This document shows, in pieces, positions 1 to 10,510 of a stretch of 64,000 nt of DNA (positions are counted from its first letter, which is position 1; the number at the start of each line of letters is the position of its first letter). Origin of the DNA: an uncultured Eubacteriales bacterium (lineage in GTDB: Bacteria > Acidobacteriota > Aminicenantia > Aminicenantales > Aminicenantaceae); NCBI GenBank assembly GCA_964645765.1, contig CAZYBE010000011.1:7897-71896 (forward strand), written 5' to 3'. The notes under the pieces were generated by a model. It had not been told where the DNA came from, did no database searches, and saw only the letters and a list, made by a program, of their open reading frames with translations. A program made the position numbers and the translations under genes.

Positions 1-77
1 TTCTCTTTTCATCGATTCTCTCCTTCTTTAAGGTCTCAATCACGTGCAAATATAAACACAATGAATTTTTTTACATT

Positions 78-113
78 GTCATGGCGAGCGGCCAGAGGGA
101 GCGTGGACATCTC
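78..113. repeat. Degenerate half copy of the GTCATTGCGAG palindromic element
   Basis: gtcatggcgagcggccagagggagcgtggacatctc resembles the left arm of the element at 10511 (gtcattgcgagcccgaagcgccgtggcaatc). Confidence 0.45.
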
Positions 114-161
114 TTCTTATCTCGTGAAGGGATGGCAGCGCTTTCGATTCTGCTATAAAAA

Positions 162-1151
162 TCAGGCCGGACTTCCATCCGAATAATCGGGCTGCATCCA
201 GGGTATTTCTCCTCCCTCAAAAAAAGGCTGGAGGTCAACCCTGATTTTTTGCATCTCTTCTGGAGTCATGGGAATAAAGCTTTTGACCAGGTCCAGATTT
301 TTCTTCAGCACCTCAAGACTGTCGGTTCCGATGACCGCAGCATTGACATGGGGCAAGCTCAGGGCATAGCGAACGAGCTCCTCAGCAGATATGCTCTCCA
401 CCTTCTCTCTCGGCCGGATGACTTTTATCACCAGCACGCCCATCTTCTTTCCCGCTGCAGCAGGAATGGCCTCTTTCTCAAAGTCTCCGATGCGCTCAGA
501 ATAGTGATTCAAAGCAATAAGCATGGTGTCGAAATCAAAGCGGTTGGCCAAGGCTATCATCGCTTCTGCCGAACGGTGTCCTGAATAGCCGATGAAGCGC
601 GTTATCTTCTCATCCCTGGCCTTGACCAGAGCTTTCAGAATTCCATCCTTGGCGCAGATTTTATCCACATCCTCCAGGGACTGAACATTATGAACCTGCA
701 AAAGGTCAAGCCTGTCTGTCTGGAGCCGCCTCAGGCTCTCTTCCAGGTCGCGCATAGCCTCGTCATACGACCTCTTCTGTATCTTTGTCGCCAGGAAGAC
801 TTCTTTCCTTCTCTCCTTCAGGACGAGTCCGTAGCGTTCCTCGCTGACAACATTTCCAAAAACATAGTCATGGCCTGTGTCCCAGTAATAAAAGCCGTGG
901 TCAAGGCCGTAGTTCAAAATCTCAACGCTCTTTTCCGGGTCCTTGACAGCGCAAAACCGGCTGCCGCCGCCGATGACGACCAGCGGGATAGACACGCCTG
1001 TTTTTCCAAGAATGCGGGTTGGCAAGCCTTTGGCATCAAAGCCATTTTTTTCTCCCGCAAATAGCTTCTGGCTGGATAAAGCTTTGATAGAAGCTGCAGA
1101 AGCAGCGCACCTTTTCAAGAAGTCGCGGCGGTTCATGGGCTTATTTTTCAT
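162..1151 (-). CDS. Aldo/keto reductase with Tat-like N-terminal signal
   Basis: N-terminal MNRRDFLK twin-arginine motif; LPTRILGKTG, YWDTGHDY, VFLATK, SLRRLQTDRLDLLQVH and IGYSGH match the AKR fold. Confidence 0.85.
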   Translation of the reverse strand: MKNKPMNRRDFLKRCAASAASIKALSSQKLFAGEKNGFDAKGLPTRILGKTGVSIPLVVIGGGSRFCAVKDPEKSVEILNYGLDHGFYYWDTGHDYVFGNVVSEERYGLVLKERRKEVFLATKIQKRSYDEAMRDLEESLRRLQTDRLDLLQVHNVQSLEDVDKICAKDGILKALVKARDEKITRFIGYSGHRSAEAMIALANRFDFDTMLIALNHYSERIGDFEKEAIPAAAGKKMGVLVIKVIRPREKVESISAEELVRYALSLPHVNAAVIGTDSLEVLKKNLDLVKSFIPMTPEEMQKIRVDLQPFFEGGEIPWMQPDYSDGSPA

Positions 1152-1153
1152 TT

Positions 1154-3826
1154 CTATTCCCTCTCTTTCTTAATAATCTCTCCCCAAAGCTTAATATTGT
1201 CGAAACTCGCTGTATCATCAAACGAGCCTACCCCGACCAGCCCATGGTCTAAAGTCTTATCCACAGCTATTAAAATTGGAGTTGACATGTCGTCAAGGTA
1301 TGCTCTGATTCCACCGCTTCTGACATCGTAAGTCACCTTAAACTCATGGAATCTCAAATCAACCATCCTGGCTGTGGATTGACCGGCCGGCTCGTTATTG
1401 ATTTTTACCCGGTCCGTGCCGTTGACCAGAGCGATGATATTGTGGGCATCGTCGCTCGATGCCGAAAAATGGACATAATAGAAATGGGTCGGGTCCTGGA
1501 AATGAAAGATGATGCAGACATCGCGTTTATCATTGGCCGGGTCAGCTTTGCATTTTGCCTTTCCTGTTAAGACAAAACTTGCGACATCAAAATCTTTGAG
1601 GAGCGACCAGGAAGCCGGTGCCCGGACTGCGGCCATCGGCCCTGGAGCGATAAGCTGGTAGACCATTGAATTCTCTTCTTTAGCTACCTGCCAGTTTTCA
1701 GTGACATTCGGCATCCAATTCTGAGCATTTCCGCTTTGGAAGTCATCGCTGACCAAGAGAGGCAAGCCGCTCGCAGCCTCGACCAGCTTGCAAACTGCGG
1801 GGATAATCATGACCACGAGCTCATATTCAGGCTTTTGCTGACGATTGAGGAGCAAAGAGACATTATCAAACCAAGATTGGGACGGCTTCACCCGGCTCTC
1901 GAGATAATTCACAGCTTCGAGCCCGGCTTCAGCCAGCGAAGTGACGTCCTCAGAAAGAGGGAGTATCTCTTTCAAAAGAAAAGAGTCTTCAAGGACAGGC
2001 CGAAGCCTGGCCTTGTTGTCTCGCCACTCCATCAACCACCTCTTCACCATCTCCCGATTTCTCTCATAAGCAGGAGCATCGGCCAGCATTTCTTCGACCA
2101 TCTCCTGGAATTTCCTTGCTCTCCCGCTCTCGGGTCGGACGGCATCGACCAGCCGATTCAAGGGAGTGGCCTGAGTGTACTCCCGGAAGCCGGACCTCGA
2201 ATAGTACTTGACAGGCTCGACGATATCAGCAAGAACCTGGAGCGAATCGATGCTATTCTTTCCTGCCAGTCGCATGATCATCTGAGGATATTTGGAGCCA
2301 TGGATCAAGCCCAGCCATTCCAGATTCCGGTCCAGGACTTCAAGACGACGGTACATGTCTTTTATGTCCTTAACCTCTTGCGGAGACCAGAATCTTTCGG
2401 CGATGGCTGCCGCCCTCGGCCAGATGCGCGAATCGATAGTCTCTGGCGAGATGAATTCAGCCCACATGCAGGCTTCGCCTCCCAAGATGCGGGCCTTCTG
2501 CTCATCATTTAAATCAGTGGCTTCCTTATCCATAGGGTCGACTCGATAATGGTCAGCCGCAGAGAGAAAATGGTCGAGATAATATCCGTTGGAAAGAATT
2601 CCCATGTATCCTGCTCTTGAGGTCTCTGCCAGAGTCTCCTGCCCCCGCCAGCTCTGGATGACAATGCTCTTGGGAAGGTCGGGATGGAAGATTTCGTCCC
2701 AGCCCACCATTTTTTTCCCGTATTTTTGCAGGATGGATTGAATCCTTTTGTTGAAATAAACCTGCAGGTCATGGTTGTCCTTCATTCCCTGCCTGTGCTT
2801 GAAAGCGACAATGCTGGGGTTGCTTTGCCAGTGTTTTCCGCTGACCTCATCACCGCCGATGTGGAAGTATTCGTCGGGAAATAGTCTGGCCATCTCTCCT
2901 ATGAACGTATCCAGGAAAACATAGACCCTCTCCCGGGTAGGGTCCAAGCAGGGGTCGCAGACCCCCCAGTGGCGCTCAATCTCGTAGGGTCCAGGCGCGC
3001 TGGCCAGCTCCGGATAGCCGACAAGCCAGGAGGTCGAATGGCCGGGCATGTCAAACTCAGGAACGACTCGAATGCCAAGGTCCCGGGCATAGTCTATAAT
3101 CTCGCGGACCTGCTTCTGGGTATAATAGTTGCCATCAGAGCCCATCTGATGGAGCCTGGGGAAAGCTTTGCATTCGACACGGAAGCCCTGGTCTTCTGAG
3201 AGATGCCAGTGAAGAACGTTGAGCTTAACAGCAGCCATCCCATCCAGGTTGCGCTTGATGACCTCGACCGGCAGCCAGTGGCGGCAGGAATCGACCAGCA
3301 ATCCCCGCCAGGGAAAGCGGGGCTCATCCTGAATCTGGACTTCGGGCATAAAAAATCCCTCTGAATCCATTTCCAAAAGCTGCAGGAATGTCTCGATGCC
3401 GCGCATCACGCCCACAGGTGTCGCGGCCTTCAGCGCGGCACGCGACGGAGAGACTTCAAGAGTGTAAGACTCGTTTTCCTTCAGGGATTGTATTCTTTCG
3501 CCCGGACCCTGGCAGAGGATGACCAGAAGAGCCTTGGATTCATCTTTTTCAACCGCTAAAGGCAGAGGGATGCCAGTCTGGTCGCTCAGGCGCTGGATCA
3601 GGCGCTGGGCAGCTTTGAGCAATCTGGAGTCTTTGTATCCGCTCAGGCTCAGCCGAAAGTTGGAATCGATGGCCATTTTCCCCTGCCCAAAAGAAATCTC
3701 CTTTGGCGCAGGCATCAAGTTATTCTCTCTCTCCTGAGCCGAGAAACAAAAAATGGCTGAGATAAAGATTAAGACGGCGAATGTCGAGACTGACCGCCGA
3801 AACCTCAATTGGCTCGAGATAATCAT
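1154..3826 (-). CDS. GH20 beta-N-acetylhexosaminidase with an extra C-terminal ConA-like/DUF1080-like domain
   Basis: Signal peptide; DEPRFPWRGLLVDSCRH, LHWHLSEDQGFR, VVPEFDMPGH, catalytic FHIGGDE, GGEACMWAE; about 200-aa beta-rich C-terminal extension. Confidence 0.9.
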   Translation of the reverse strand: MIISSQLRFRRSVSTFAVLIFISAIFCFSAQERENNLMPAPKEISFGQGKMAIDSNFRLSLSGYKDSRLLKAAQRLIQRLSDQTGIPLPLAVEKDESKALLVILCQGPGERIQSLKENESYTLEVSPSRAALKAATPVGVMRGIETFLQLLEMDSEGFFMPEVQIQDEPRFPWRGLLVDSCRHWLPVEVIKRNLDGMAAVKLNVLHWHLSEDQGFRVECKAFPRLHQMGSDGNYYTQKQVREIIDYARDLGIRVVPEFDMPGHSTSWLVGYPELASAPGPYEIERHWGVCDPCLDPTRERVYVFLDTFIGEMARLFPDEYFHIGGDEVSGKHWQSNPSIVAFKHRQGMKDNHDLQVYFNKRIQSILQKYGKKMVGWDEIFHPDLPKSIVIQSWRGQETLAETSRAGYMGILSNGYYLDHFLSAADHYRVDPMDKEATDLNDEQKARILGGEACMWAEFISPETIDSRIWPRAAAIAERFWSPQEVKDIKDMYRRLEVLDRNLEWLGLIHGSKYPQMIMRLAGKNSIDSLQVLADIVEPVKYYSRSGFREYTQATPLNRLVDAVRPESGRARKFQEMVEEMLADAPAYERNREMVKRWLMEWRDNKARLRPVLEDSFLLKEILPLSEDVTSLAEAGLEAVNYLESRVKPSQSWFDNVSLLLNRQQKPEYELVVMIIPAVCKLVEAASGLPLLVSDDFQSGNAQNWMPNVTENWQVAKEENSMVYQLIAPGPMAAVRAPASWSLLKDFDVASFVLTGKAKCKADPANDKRDVCIIFHFQDPTHFYYVHFSASSDDAHNIIALVNGTDRVKINNEPAGQSTARMVDLRFHEFKVTYDVRSGGIRAYLDDMSTPILIAVDKTLDHGLVGVGSFDDTASFDNIKLWGEIIKKERE

Positions 3827-4220
3827 CTTTCTTTTCCTTTCTCTAAAAATTATGCACCTTCAAAACAATATTCAAAATGTTATATAAAGATAAATTTCTT
3901 CTTTCACCCTATAATGTTTTTATATTTTACCCAATTCTCGGAAGTATTTCCAAATCTATAATAATTGAATGCGATGTTCGGGGAAGAGTTTTGGGAAATA
4001 GCTACAGCGAACGGAGAATGGCGTTAAAAATCCGATTGGGAGCGAAGCTATTTCCCAAAACCTTTTGGAAATGCTTCCGGCCGCCTTTCCCCCTCCCGTT
4101 GACACCGATATTTTGCTGTGCTATAGCTCTCTCTTCAAGAAAAAAGTGAAAACAGCCAAAACATCAACGAGAAGATTATCAATTTAAAGCAGCCCCTATT
4201 CAAAACAGGAGGAGGGAGGA

Positions 4221-5882
4221 ATGCAAGCGATCGGCTTGAGCTTCTTTGACTGGGTCATCATTCTGGTTTACTTCGCATTCGTGATCTGCATGGGCTTTTA
4301 TCTAAAGCGTTACACCAGGAGTGAGGAGGATTTTTTTCTTGCCGGAAGAAGAAGCAGCTCTTGGGTGGCAGGGCTGGCTTTCCTCTCTGCAAATCTTGGC
4401 GCCCTGGAATTGCTGGGCATGTCCGGCAATACATTCAAATATGGAATGTATGTTGCCCACTTCTACTGGATCGGCGCCATTCCGGCCATGCTCTTTCTTG
4501 GCATCTTCATGATGCCCTTTTATTACAGCGGCCGGATTAAATCCGTCCCCGGATACCTGAAGCTCCGCTTTGATGAAAAAACAAGGGTGCTGAACGGCAT
4601 CGCTTTTGCCATCATGACCTTGCTTGTCTCCGGAATCAACCTTTATGCCATGGCCCTTGTCCTCCATACCTTTGTCGGCTGGAACTGGGATGTGAGCATG
4701 TGGGCCTCGGCTCTGACTGTGGCGGTTTATGTAGGTTTGAGCGGTTTGATGTCAGCCATCTTCACTGAAATCATCCAGTTCTTTCTTATCTGGTTTGGAC
4801 TCTTCCTTGTCTCTGTTTTAGGCATCGTCGAGATCGGGAGCCTCCATGAAATCTTCACCCGAATTCCTGAAGCTTATTCCAAGCTCTGGTCAACCTCTGC
4901 CGACCCCACCCAGAATGGGATGATGATCACCTGGGCTGGAATCGTCCTCGGGCTGGGCTGGGTCCTTTCTTTCGGATACTGGACAACGGACTTTCTTGTC
5001 GTCCAGCGGGCTTTCTCGGCCAAGGACTTACGCTCGGCTCGGATGACTCCCATCATCGCTTCGTTCTTTAAAATGGCTGTTCCCTTCCTGGTCATCGTCA
5101 CCGGGCTCATCGCTCTGGCTTTATCCAGAGATGCCAACACCGGATTTCATTTGATGACTGAAGGCGGAAAGATCAACTATGATTCTGCACTTCCGATGCT
5201 CATCGCCCGTTACTATCCGACCGGCCTTGTCGGCTTGGGGATCACAGCTCTCCTGGCCGGGTTCATGGCCGGCCAGGCTGGAAACATCAGCGCCTTCAAC
5301 ACTGTCTGGACATATGATATCTACCATGCCGTGGTCAACAAAAAGGCTTCCCCCACGCATCTTTTGTGGATGGGCAGGGTGGCGACAGTGGCCGGCATTT
5401 TTTTCAGCGTCTTGACCGCCTACTGGGCAAAGAGCATGCCGACCATCATGGACTACATGCAGGCCATCTTTTCCTGGGTGAATGCCCCGCTGTTTGCGAC
5501 AATGCTCCTCGGAATGTTCGTCAAATGGATCACTCCTGACGGCGCATTCTGGGGTCTGACTACAGGAATGGCTTCCTCTTTCACCATGTTCCTGGCGGTG
5601 AAATTCAACTGGATCTCCGCCAACCTCCTCACTCTTTCCGGAGTTACCAGCGATATGGCAACCAATTTCTGGCGCGCCTGGTGGGCCTGGCTCATCTGCT
5701 TTGTGGTGACCATTGCCGTCAGCCTGTTCACCAGGAAAAAGCCGGACGAAGAATTAGTCGGGCTGGTCAAAGGTTTAACAAGAGAAGTTTCTCTGGAAAA
5801 GGCGCCCTGGTATAAAAAGCCTGTGTTCTATGCTGTCCTTTCGCTCATCATTTTCATCGTCCTCAACATCTATTTCTGGTAA
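4221..5882 (+). CDS. Sodium:solute symporter (SSS), probable sugar (galactose) uptake
   Basis: Many TM helices; EEDFFLAGRR, GYWTTDFLVVQRAFSAKDL; SD ggaggaggg upstream; same operon as galK. Confidence 0.9.
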   Translation: MQAIGLSFFDWVIILVYFAFVICMGFYLKRYTRSEEDFFLAGRRSSSWVAGLAFLSANLGALELLGMSGNTFKYGMYVAHFYWIGAIPAMLFLGIFMMPFYYSGRIKSVPGYLKLRFDEKTRVLNGIAFAIMTLLVSGINLYAMALVLHTFVGWNWDVSMWASALTVAVYVGLSGLMSAIFTEIIQFFLIWFGLFLVSVLGIVEIGSLHEIFTRIPEAYSKLWSTSADPTQNGMMITWAGIVLGLGWVLSFGYWTTDFLVVQRAFSAKDLRSARMTPIIASFFKMAVPFLVIVTGLIALALSRDANTGFHLMTEGGKINYDSALPMLIARYYPTGLVGLGITALLAGFMAGQAGNISAFNTVWTYDIYHAVVNKKASPTHLLWMGRVATVAGIFFSVLTAYWAKSMPTIMDYMQAIFSWVNAPLFATMLLGMFVKWITPDGAFWGLTTGMASSFTMFLAVKFNWISANLLTLSGVTSDMATNFWRAWWAWLICFVVTIAVSLFTRKKPDEELVGLVKGLTREVSLEKAPWYKKPVFYAVLSLIIFIVLNIYFW

Positions 5883-5891
5883 GGAGGAGAC

Positions 5892-6116
5892 ATGGCCATC
5901 CCAAGCAAAAAAATGAAACCCATCTGGTATTTTGTGGGATTAATCCTGCTCATCATGGGCGCAGTCATTCTTCTGGCCGGAATATACAGCCTGTCTTTCG
6001 GGACAAAAGAAATAACTATTTTCGCCAAACTTCATCCCAACATCTGGTGGGGCGGGTTCATGGTCATCATCGGCCTGGTTTTTCTGGTCACCAACAAAAA
6101 TGCCTTTGTCGATTGA
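5892..6116 (+). CDS. Small 2-TM membrane protein between the SSS symporter and galK
   Basis: Strong SD aaggaggag; two hydrophobic helices; tight operon spacing. Confidence 0.75.
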   Translation: MAIPSKKMKPIWYFVGLILLIMGAVILLAGIYSLSFGTKEITIFAKLHPNIWWGGFMVIIGLVFLVTNKNAFVD

Positions 6117-6133
6117 ATGGAGGAGCTGAGGCG

Positions 6134-7306
6134 ATGGACGAACTCATTCTCCAGGTTCAAAAAAAATTTAAAGAGCTTTTTGGCGAGAATCCGATGCTTT
6201 TCCGCTCTCCAGGACGAGTTAACCTCATCGGCGAGCACACAGACTACAATGAAGGCTTTGTCCTGCCTGCTGCCGTGGATAAAGCCATCTATATTGCCCT
6301 TTCTCAGAGGAAAGACCGCAAGTGTTTCCTTTTTGCCAACGACCTTAACCAGAGCCACGAGTTTCATGCCAGCGACTTGGTTAAATCCGAAAAGCGCTGG
6401 CCAAACTATATCATGGGCGTTGTCGACCAAATCCAGAAAGCCGGCCATGTCATTCCAGGCTTTAACTGTGTCTTCGGAGGGGATATTCCGATAGGTGCGG
6501 GCATGTCCTCTTCAGCAGCCATCGAGGCCGGCCTGGCCTTCGCCTTAAATAAGATTTTTGGCCTAAACATCGACCGCCTCGATTTGGTCAAGCTTTCACA
6601 AAAGGCTGAAAACGAGTTTGTGGGCGTCCGCTGCGGCATCATGGACCAGTTCATCAATATCTTTGGAAAACCCAAGAAGGTTTTGAAACTCGACTGCCGC
6701 AGCCTGGAATACACCTACTTTCCTTTTGAGCGGGAGGACTTAAAGATTGTGCTCTGCGACACTCAGGTGCCGCGGGCATTGGCCTCTTCCGAATACAACA
6801 TCCGCCGCCAGCAGTGCGAGTCAGGCGTGAAGCTCCTGCAGAAATACGCCCCCTCGATCAAAAGCCTGAGAGATGTTTCTCCGGAGCTCCTTGAAGCCCA
6901 TCAGCAGGAGTTTGATCCAATCATCTATAAAAGATGCGATTATGTCATCCGCGAGAACTTGCGAGTGGAAACGGCCTGCAAGGACTTGGAGCAAGGAGAT
7001 TTTCGTTCTTTCGGCCAGCGGATGTATGACTCCCACGCCGGCCTGCGCGATGGCTACGAGGTGAGCTGCAGAGAGCTCGATATTTTAGTGGAAGCAGCCT
7101 CTGAGGTCGAAGGTGTTCTCGGAGCGAGGCTGATGGGCGCTGGCTTTGGCGGCTGCACCATAAACTTAGTTGAGGAAGAAGCTATTGAGAATTTTTCCGA
7201 GAAAGTCAGCGCCGGCTATCAAGCCAAGACTGGAAGAGAATCAAAAATCTATGTCACCAAACTTTTATCTGGAACCGAGCAAATCACTTTTTCCCGTTTC
7301 TCTTGA
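6134..7306 (+). CDS. galK: Galactokinase (start revised to ATG 6134)
   Basis: SPGRVNLIGEHTDYNEGFVLP, PIGAGMSSSAA, CGIMDQF, GARLMGAGFGG; SD ggaggag at 6119-6125. Confidence 0.95.
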   Translation: MDELILQVQKKFKELFGENPMLFRSPGRVNLIGEHTDYNEGFVLPAAVDKAIYIALSQRKDRKCFLFANDLNQSHEFHASDLVKSEKRWPNYIMGVVDQIQKAGHVIPGFNCVFGGDIPIGAGMSSSAAIEAGLAFALNKIFGLNIDRLDLVKLSQKAENEFVGVRCGIMDQFINIFGKPKKVLKLDCRSLEYTYFPFEREDLKIVLCDTQVPRALASSEYNIRRQQCESGVKLLQKYAPSIKSLRDVSPELLEAHQQEFDPIIYKRCDYVIRENLRVETACKDLEQGDFRSFGQRMYDSHAGLRDGYEVSCRELDILVEAASEVEGVLGARLMGAGFGGCTINLVEEEAIENFSEKVSAGYQAKTGRESKIYVTKLLSGTEQITFSRFS

Positions 7307-7394
7307 CTTGACTACTTTGCTTTCCTATAATTCTCGAATTGTTAAGCACAATTTAATGAATGAGGTTTAACTGTAACCTCAGAAGGCGGTGAAA

Positions 7395-9074
7395 ATGGCA
7401 AGCCAGGGAATGAACGTTTGGGGTTGGATATTTTTTATCTTCGGCTGGGGCTGTATTCTATTCTTTGTCATTTTTTGTATGAAAAAGGTTCTTTTCGGAA
7501 AAAAGAAGAAAATAGAGGCTCAAGTTGAGGGAGGCCGCGAGAGATGGGGAACAAGGATCGGGTTGATTCTGGCTATGGCCGGAAATGCCATCGGCCTCGG
7601 CAATTTCCTCCGTTTTCCAGCTAAAGCTGCTGCCAACGGCGGCGGAGCCTTCATGATTCCCTACTTCTGTGCCTTGATCTTTTTGGGCGTTCCGCTGATG
7701 TGGGTCGAATGGAGCATCGGGCGCTACGGAGGAGTCCACGGCCACGGCTCGACGCCAGGAATGTTCTCCTTGATGTGGAAGAATAAGATTGCCAAATACA
7801 TCGGAACATTGGGCATCTCCCTTCCTCTCACCATCGCCATCTACTATGTCTTTACCGAATCCTGGACTTTAGGATTTGCCTGGTTCTCAGGCACGGGCAA
7901 GTATTTCGGCAACACTTCCCGAGAGGTGATGGGCCAATTCCTGCACGGATACCAGGGTGTGGAAAAAAACCAATTCTTCACTTCTTTAATCCCTGCCCTG
8001 ATTTTCCTGGCGATTACAATCAGCCTGAACTTTCTCTTCCTCTATCGAGGCATTTCCAAAGGGATTGAGATTTTAGCCAAGTATGGGATGCCACTTCTGT
8101 TTATCTTTGCCATAATCCTGGTTATCAGGGCCTTGACCATGGGGACTCCGGACCCAGCCCATGCTGACTGGAACATCGCCAACGGTATGGCTTTCATCTG
8201 GAATCCGGACTTCAGCCGCTTGGGACAATTCACAGTCTGGCTTGTTGCTGCCGGCCAAATCTTCTTCACTCTAAGCCTCGGCCAGGGAATGATCAACACC
8301 TATGCCTCTTATGTCGGAGAAAAGGATGATATCGCACTTAACGGGCTGTCCACATCCTCCCTGAATGAATTTGCTGAGGTTGTCCTCGGAGGAACAATTG
8401 CCATTCCGATTGCTGTCGCCTTTTTCGGCTTGGTCGAAACCCAAGTCATTGCCAAGGAAGGTGCTTTCAACCTCGGCTTCGTCTCCCTTCCTGTCATCTT
8501 CCAGAAGATTCCCTTGGGCCAGCTCTTTGGCGCCATGTGGTTCTTGCTTCTGTTCATTGCCGGCATCACCTCATCCGTGGCCATGACCCAGCCATCGATT
8601 GCCTTTTTGATCGATGAGTTCAAATGGAAGAGGTCCAAAGCTGTCATCGCCGTCTTCTCTTTCCAGATCATTGCCACTCTGTTTGTTGTCATCTTCTTCA
8701 AATACGGCTTCCTGGATGAGCTCGACTTCTGGGCCGGAACATTCGGCCTTGTCTTCTTTGCCGTCCTGGAGATCGGCATATTTTCCTGGATTTTTGGAAT
8801 CAAAAAGGGGTGGGAGGAAATTCATAAAGGCGCTGATATCAGGGTGCCAAGGGTTTTCAAGTTCATCATCAAATACATAACTCCTCTTTACCTGATTGTC
8901 ATACTTGTCGGATGGACCTTACAGGATGCCATCGGCAAATTCCTGATGAAGGGAGAAGAGCAAGCCAGGCATCCCTATCTCTGGGGCGCCAGAGTATTGT
9001 TCTTAGTCATCATCGTAGCCACAATTGTCCTGGTGAGGCTGGCCTGGAAGCGGAGGCGGGAAGTCAAAACCTAA
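7395..9074 (+). CDS. Sodium-dependent transporter, NSS/SNF family, with an extra N-terminal TM helix
   Basis: RERWGTRIGLILAMAGNAIGLGNFLRFP, NGGGAFMIPY, GQIFFTLSLG; ATG at 7395 (GTG 7389 is an alternative). Confidence 0.9.
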   Translation: MASQGMNVWGWIFFIFGWGCILFFVIFCMKKVLFGKKKKIEAQVEGGRERWGTRIGLILAMAGNAIGLGNFLRFPAKAAANGGGAFMIPYFCALIFLGVPLMWVEWSIGRYGGVHGHGSTPGMFSLMWKNKIAKYIGTLGISLPLTIAIYYVFTESWTLGFAWFSGTGKYFGNTSREVMGQFLHGYQGVEKNQFFTSLIPALIFLAITISLNFLFLYRGISKGIEILAKYGMPLLFIFAIILVIRALTMGTPDPAHADWNIANGMAFIWNPDFSRLGQFTVWLVAAGQIFFTLSLGQGMINTYASYVGEKDDIALNGLSTSSLNEFAEVVLGGTIAIPIAVAFFGLVETQVIAKEGAFNLGFVSLPVIFQKIPLGQLFGAMWFLLLFIAGITSSVAMTQPSIAFLIDEFKWKRSKAVIAVFSFQIIATLFVVIFFKYGFLDELDFWAGTFGLVFFAVLEIGIFSWIFGIKKGWEEIHKGADIRVPRVFKFIIKYITPLYLIVILVGWTLQDAIGKFLMKGEEQARHPYLWGARVLFLVIIVATIVLVRLAWKRRREVKT

Positions 9075-10432
9075 GCTTTCTTAATTTTTCTTTTCCAATA
9101 AAAATAAGCGGGGACCCCTAAGAAAATAATGATCAGTCCTGCCATGGAGTTCCAGAATTCGTTGATTAAAGTGTTGAGGGAGATTAAAAAGGCTGAAAGG
9201 ACGAAGATGATGGGAAAGACAGGATATCCAAGGGTCTTATAAGGCCTGGGCAGGTCCGGCCTTTTTTTCCTCAAGATCATCACCGCTGCCCCGGCCAGAC
9301 CGAAGAAAATCCATTCTCCGAAGATGACGTAGGTGAAGAGCTGTTCGAATGTTCCGGAAAGGCTGAGGATAACAGCCCACAACCCGAGAAGGACAATGGA
9401 ATAATGAGGAGTTAGAAATCTGGGATGGACAGCAGAAATCCATTTGAAAAAAAGACCATCCTTGGCCATGGCAAAATAGACCCGGGGAGAAGTCAAAATA
9501 GTTTGATTGGCTGCTCCTGTAATTGAAAAGAGAATGATCAGGGCGATAATCGAAGCCCCAACAGGGCCAACAACAGTGTTCATAACATCAGCCGCAATCC
9601 TGTCGGAATTTGCGATGTGGCCAGCGGGAAAGACATAGAGATAGGCAAAATTAGCTATGAGGTAAATGGCAATCACGATAAGAGTCCCGATAAAAATCCC
9701 CCACGGCAAATTCCTCTCAGGACGTCTGGTCTCTCCGGCACTATATGTGGCTCCTTCCCATCCTTTATAAGCCCAGAGGGATGCGACCAAGGCTATTCCG
9801 AAACTTCCTATCAAGTTCATTGAAAAGGGCGGAGGCGAAGGCGAGTAGAAATGAGAAGCATTTCCCTTGGCAAAAACAAAGGCTATGCCACAAATGGCAA
9901 CGAGGCCACCAAATTTTATGATTGTCAAAGCATTCTGCAGATTAGCTCCACATCTGACTCCAACATAATTCACAATCACCAGAAAAGCTATAAAACATAA
10001 GGCTATAAGCTTTGTCTCAAGTTTTGAGAGATGAAAAAAATGGGGAAGATATTCGGATGAGAAGGCCACAGCCAGAGTCGCAACAGCTCCTGAATCAATG
10101 ACCAAAAAAAGCGTCCAGCCAAAAAGGAAGGCGATAAGCGAGCCGTAAGCCTCTCTCAAATAAACATAGATTCCGCCTGCCTGAGGGTAAGCGGCTCCCA
10201 TCTCAGAGAAGGAAACAGCGCCAAAAAAAGAAAGTACCCCTCCCACAATCCAAACAGCAAATATAAGGAGTGGAGAATGGACTCCAGCAGCTATGACTTT
10301 TGGAACAAGGAATATTCCAGAGCCGATGACTCCGCCGACTACAATTCCGATAATATCCCAGAGCCCAAGGACTCTTGGAAGAGAAAGCCGGGATTTATCC
10401 AAAGCGCTCTTTTCGAATGTCTCTTTTGCCAC
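9071..10432 (-). CDS. APC-family amino acid permease
   Basis: GGVIGSGIFLVP, EMGAAYPQAGGIYVYLREAYG, SPRVYFAMAKDGLFF, RPDLPRPYK; stop overlaps the convergent NSS stop. Confidence 0.9.
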   Translation of the reverse strand: MAKETFEKSALDKSRLSLPRVLGLWDIIGIVVGGVIGSGIFLVPKVIAAGVHSPLLIFAVWIVGGVLSFFGAVSFSEMGAAYPQAGGIYVYLREAYGSLIAFLFGWTLFLVIDSGAVATLAVAFSSEYLPHFFHLSKLETKLIALCFIAFLVIVNYVGVRCGANLQNALTIIKFGGLVAICGIAFVFAKGNASHFYSPSPPPFSMNLIGSFGIALVASLWAYKGWEGATYSAGETRRPERNLPWGIFIGTLIVIAIYLIANFAYLYVFPAGHIANSDRIAADVMNTVVGPVGASIIALIILFSITGAANQTILTSPRVYFAMAKDGLFFKWISAVHPRFLTPHYSIVLLGLWAVILSLSGTFEQLFTYVIFGEWIFFGLAGAAVMILRKKRPDLPRPYKTLGYPVFPIIFVLSAFLISLNTLINEFWNSMAGLIIIFLGVPAYFYWKRKIKKA

Positions 10433-10510
10433 GTGCGACAGCCTATATCAAAAAATGGAGATTATCAATCTCTTTTTCCCCTTTTCCCTCTTTTTAAATG
10501 CTTTTATATT

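Noticed and set aside
6047-6133. Upstream extension of galK in the ORF track
   Set aside because: Overlaps the small membrane gene; a strong SD supports ATG 6134.
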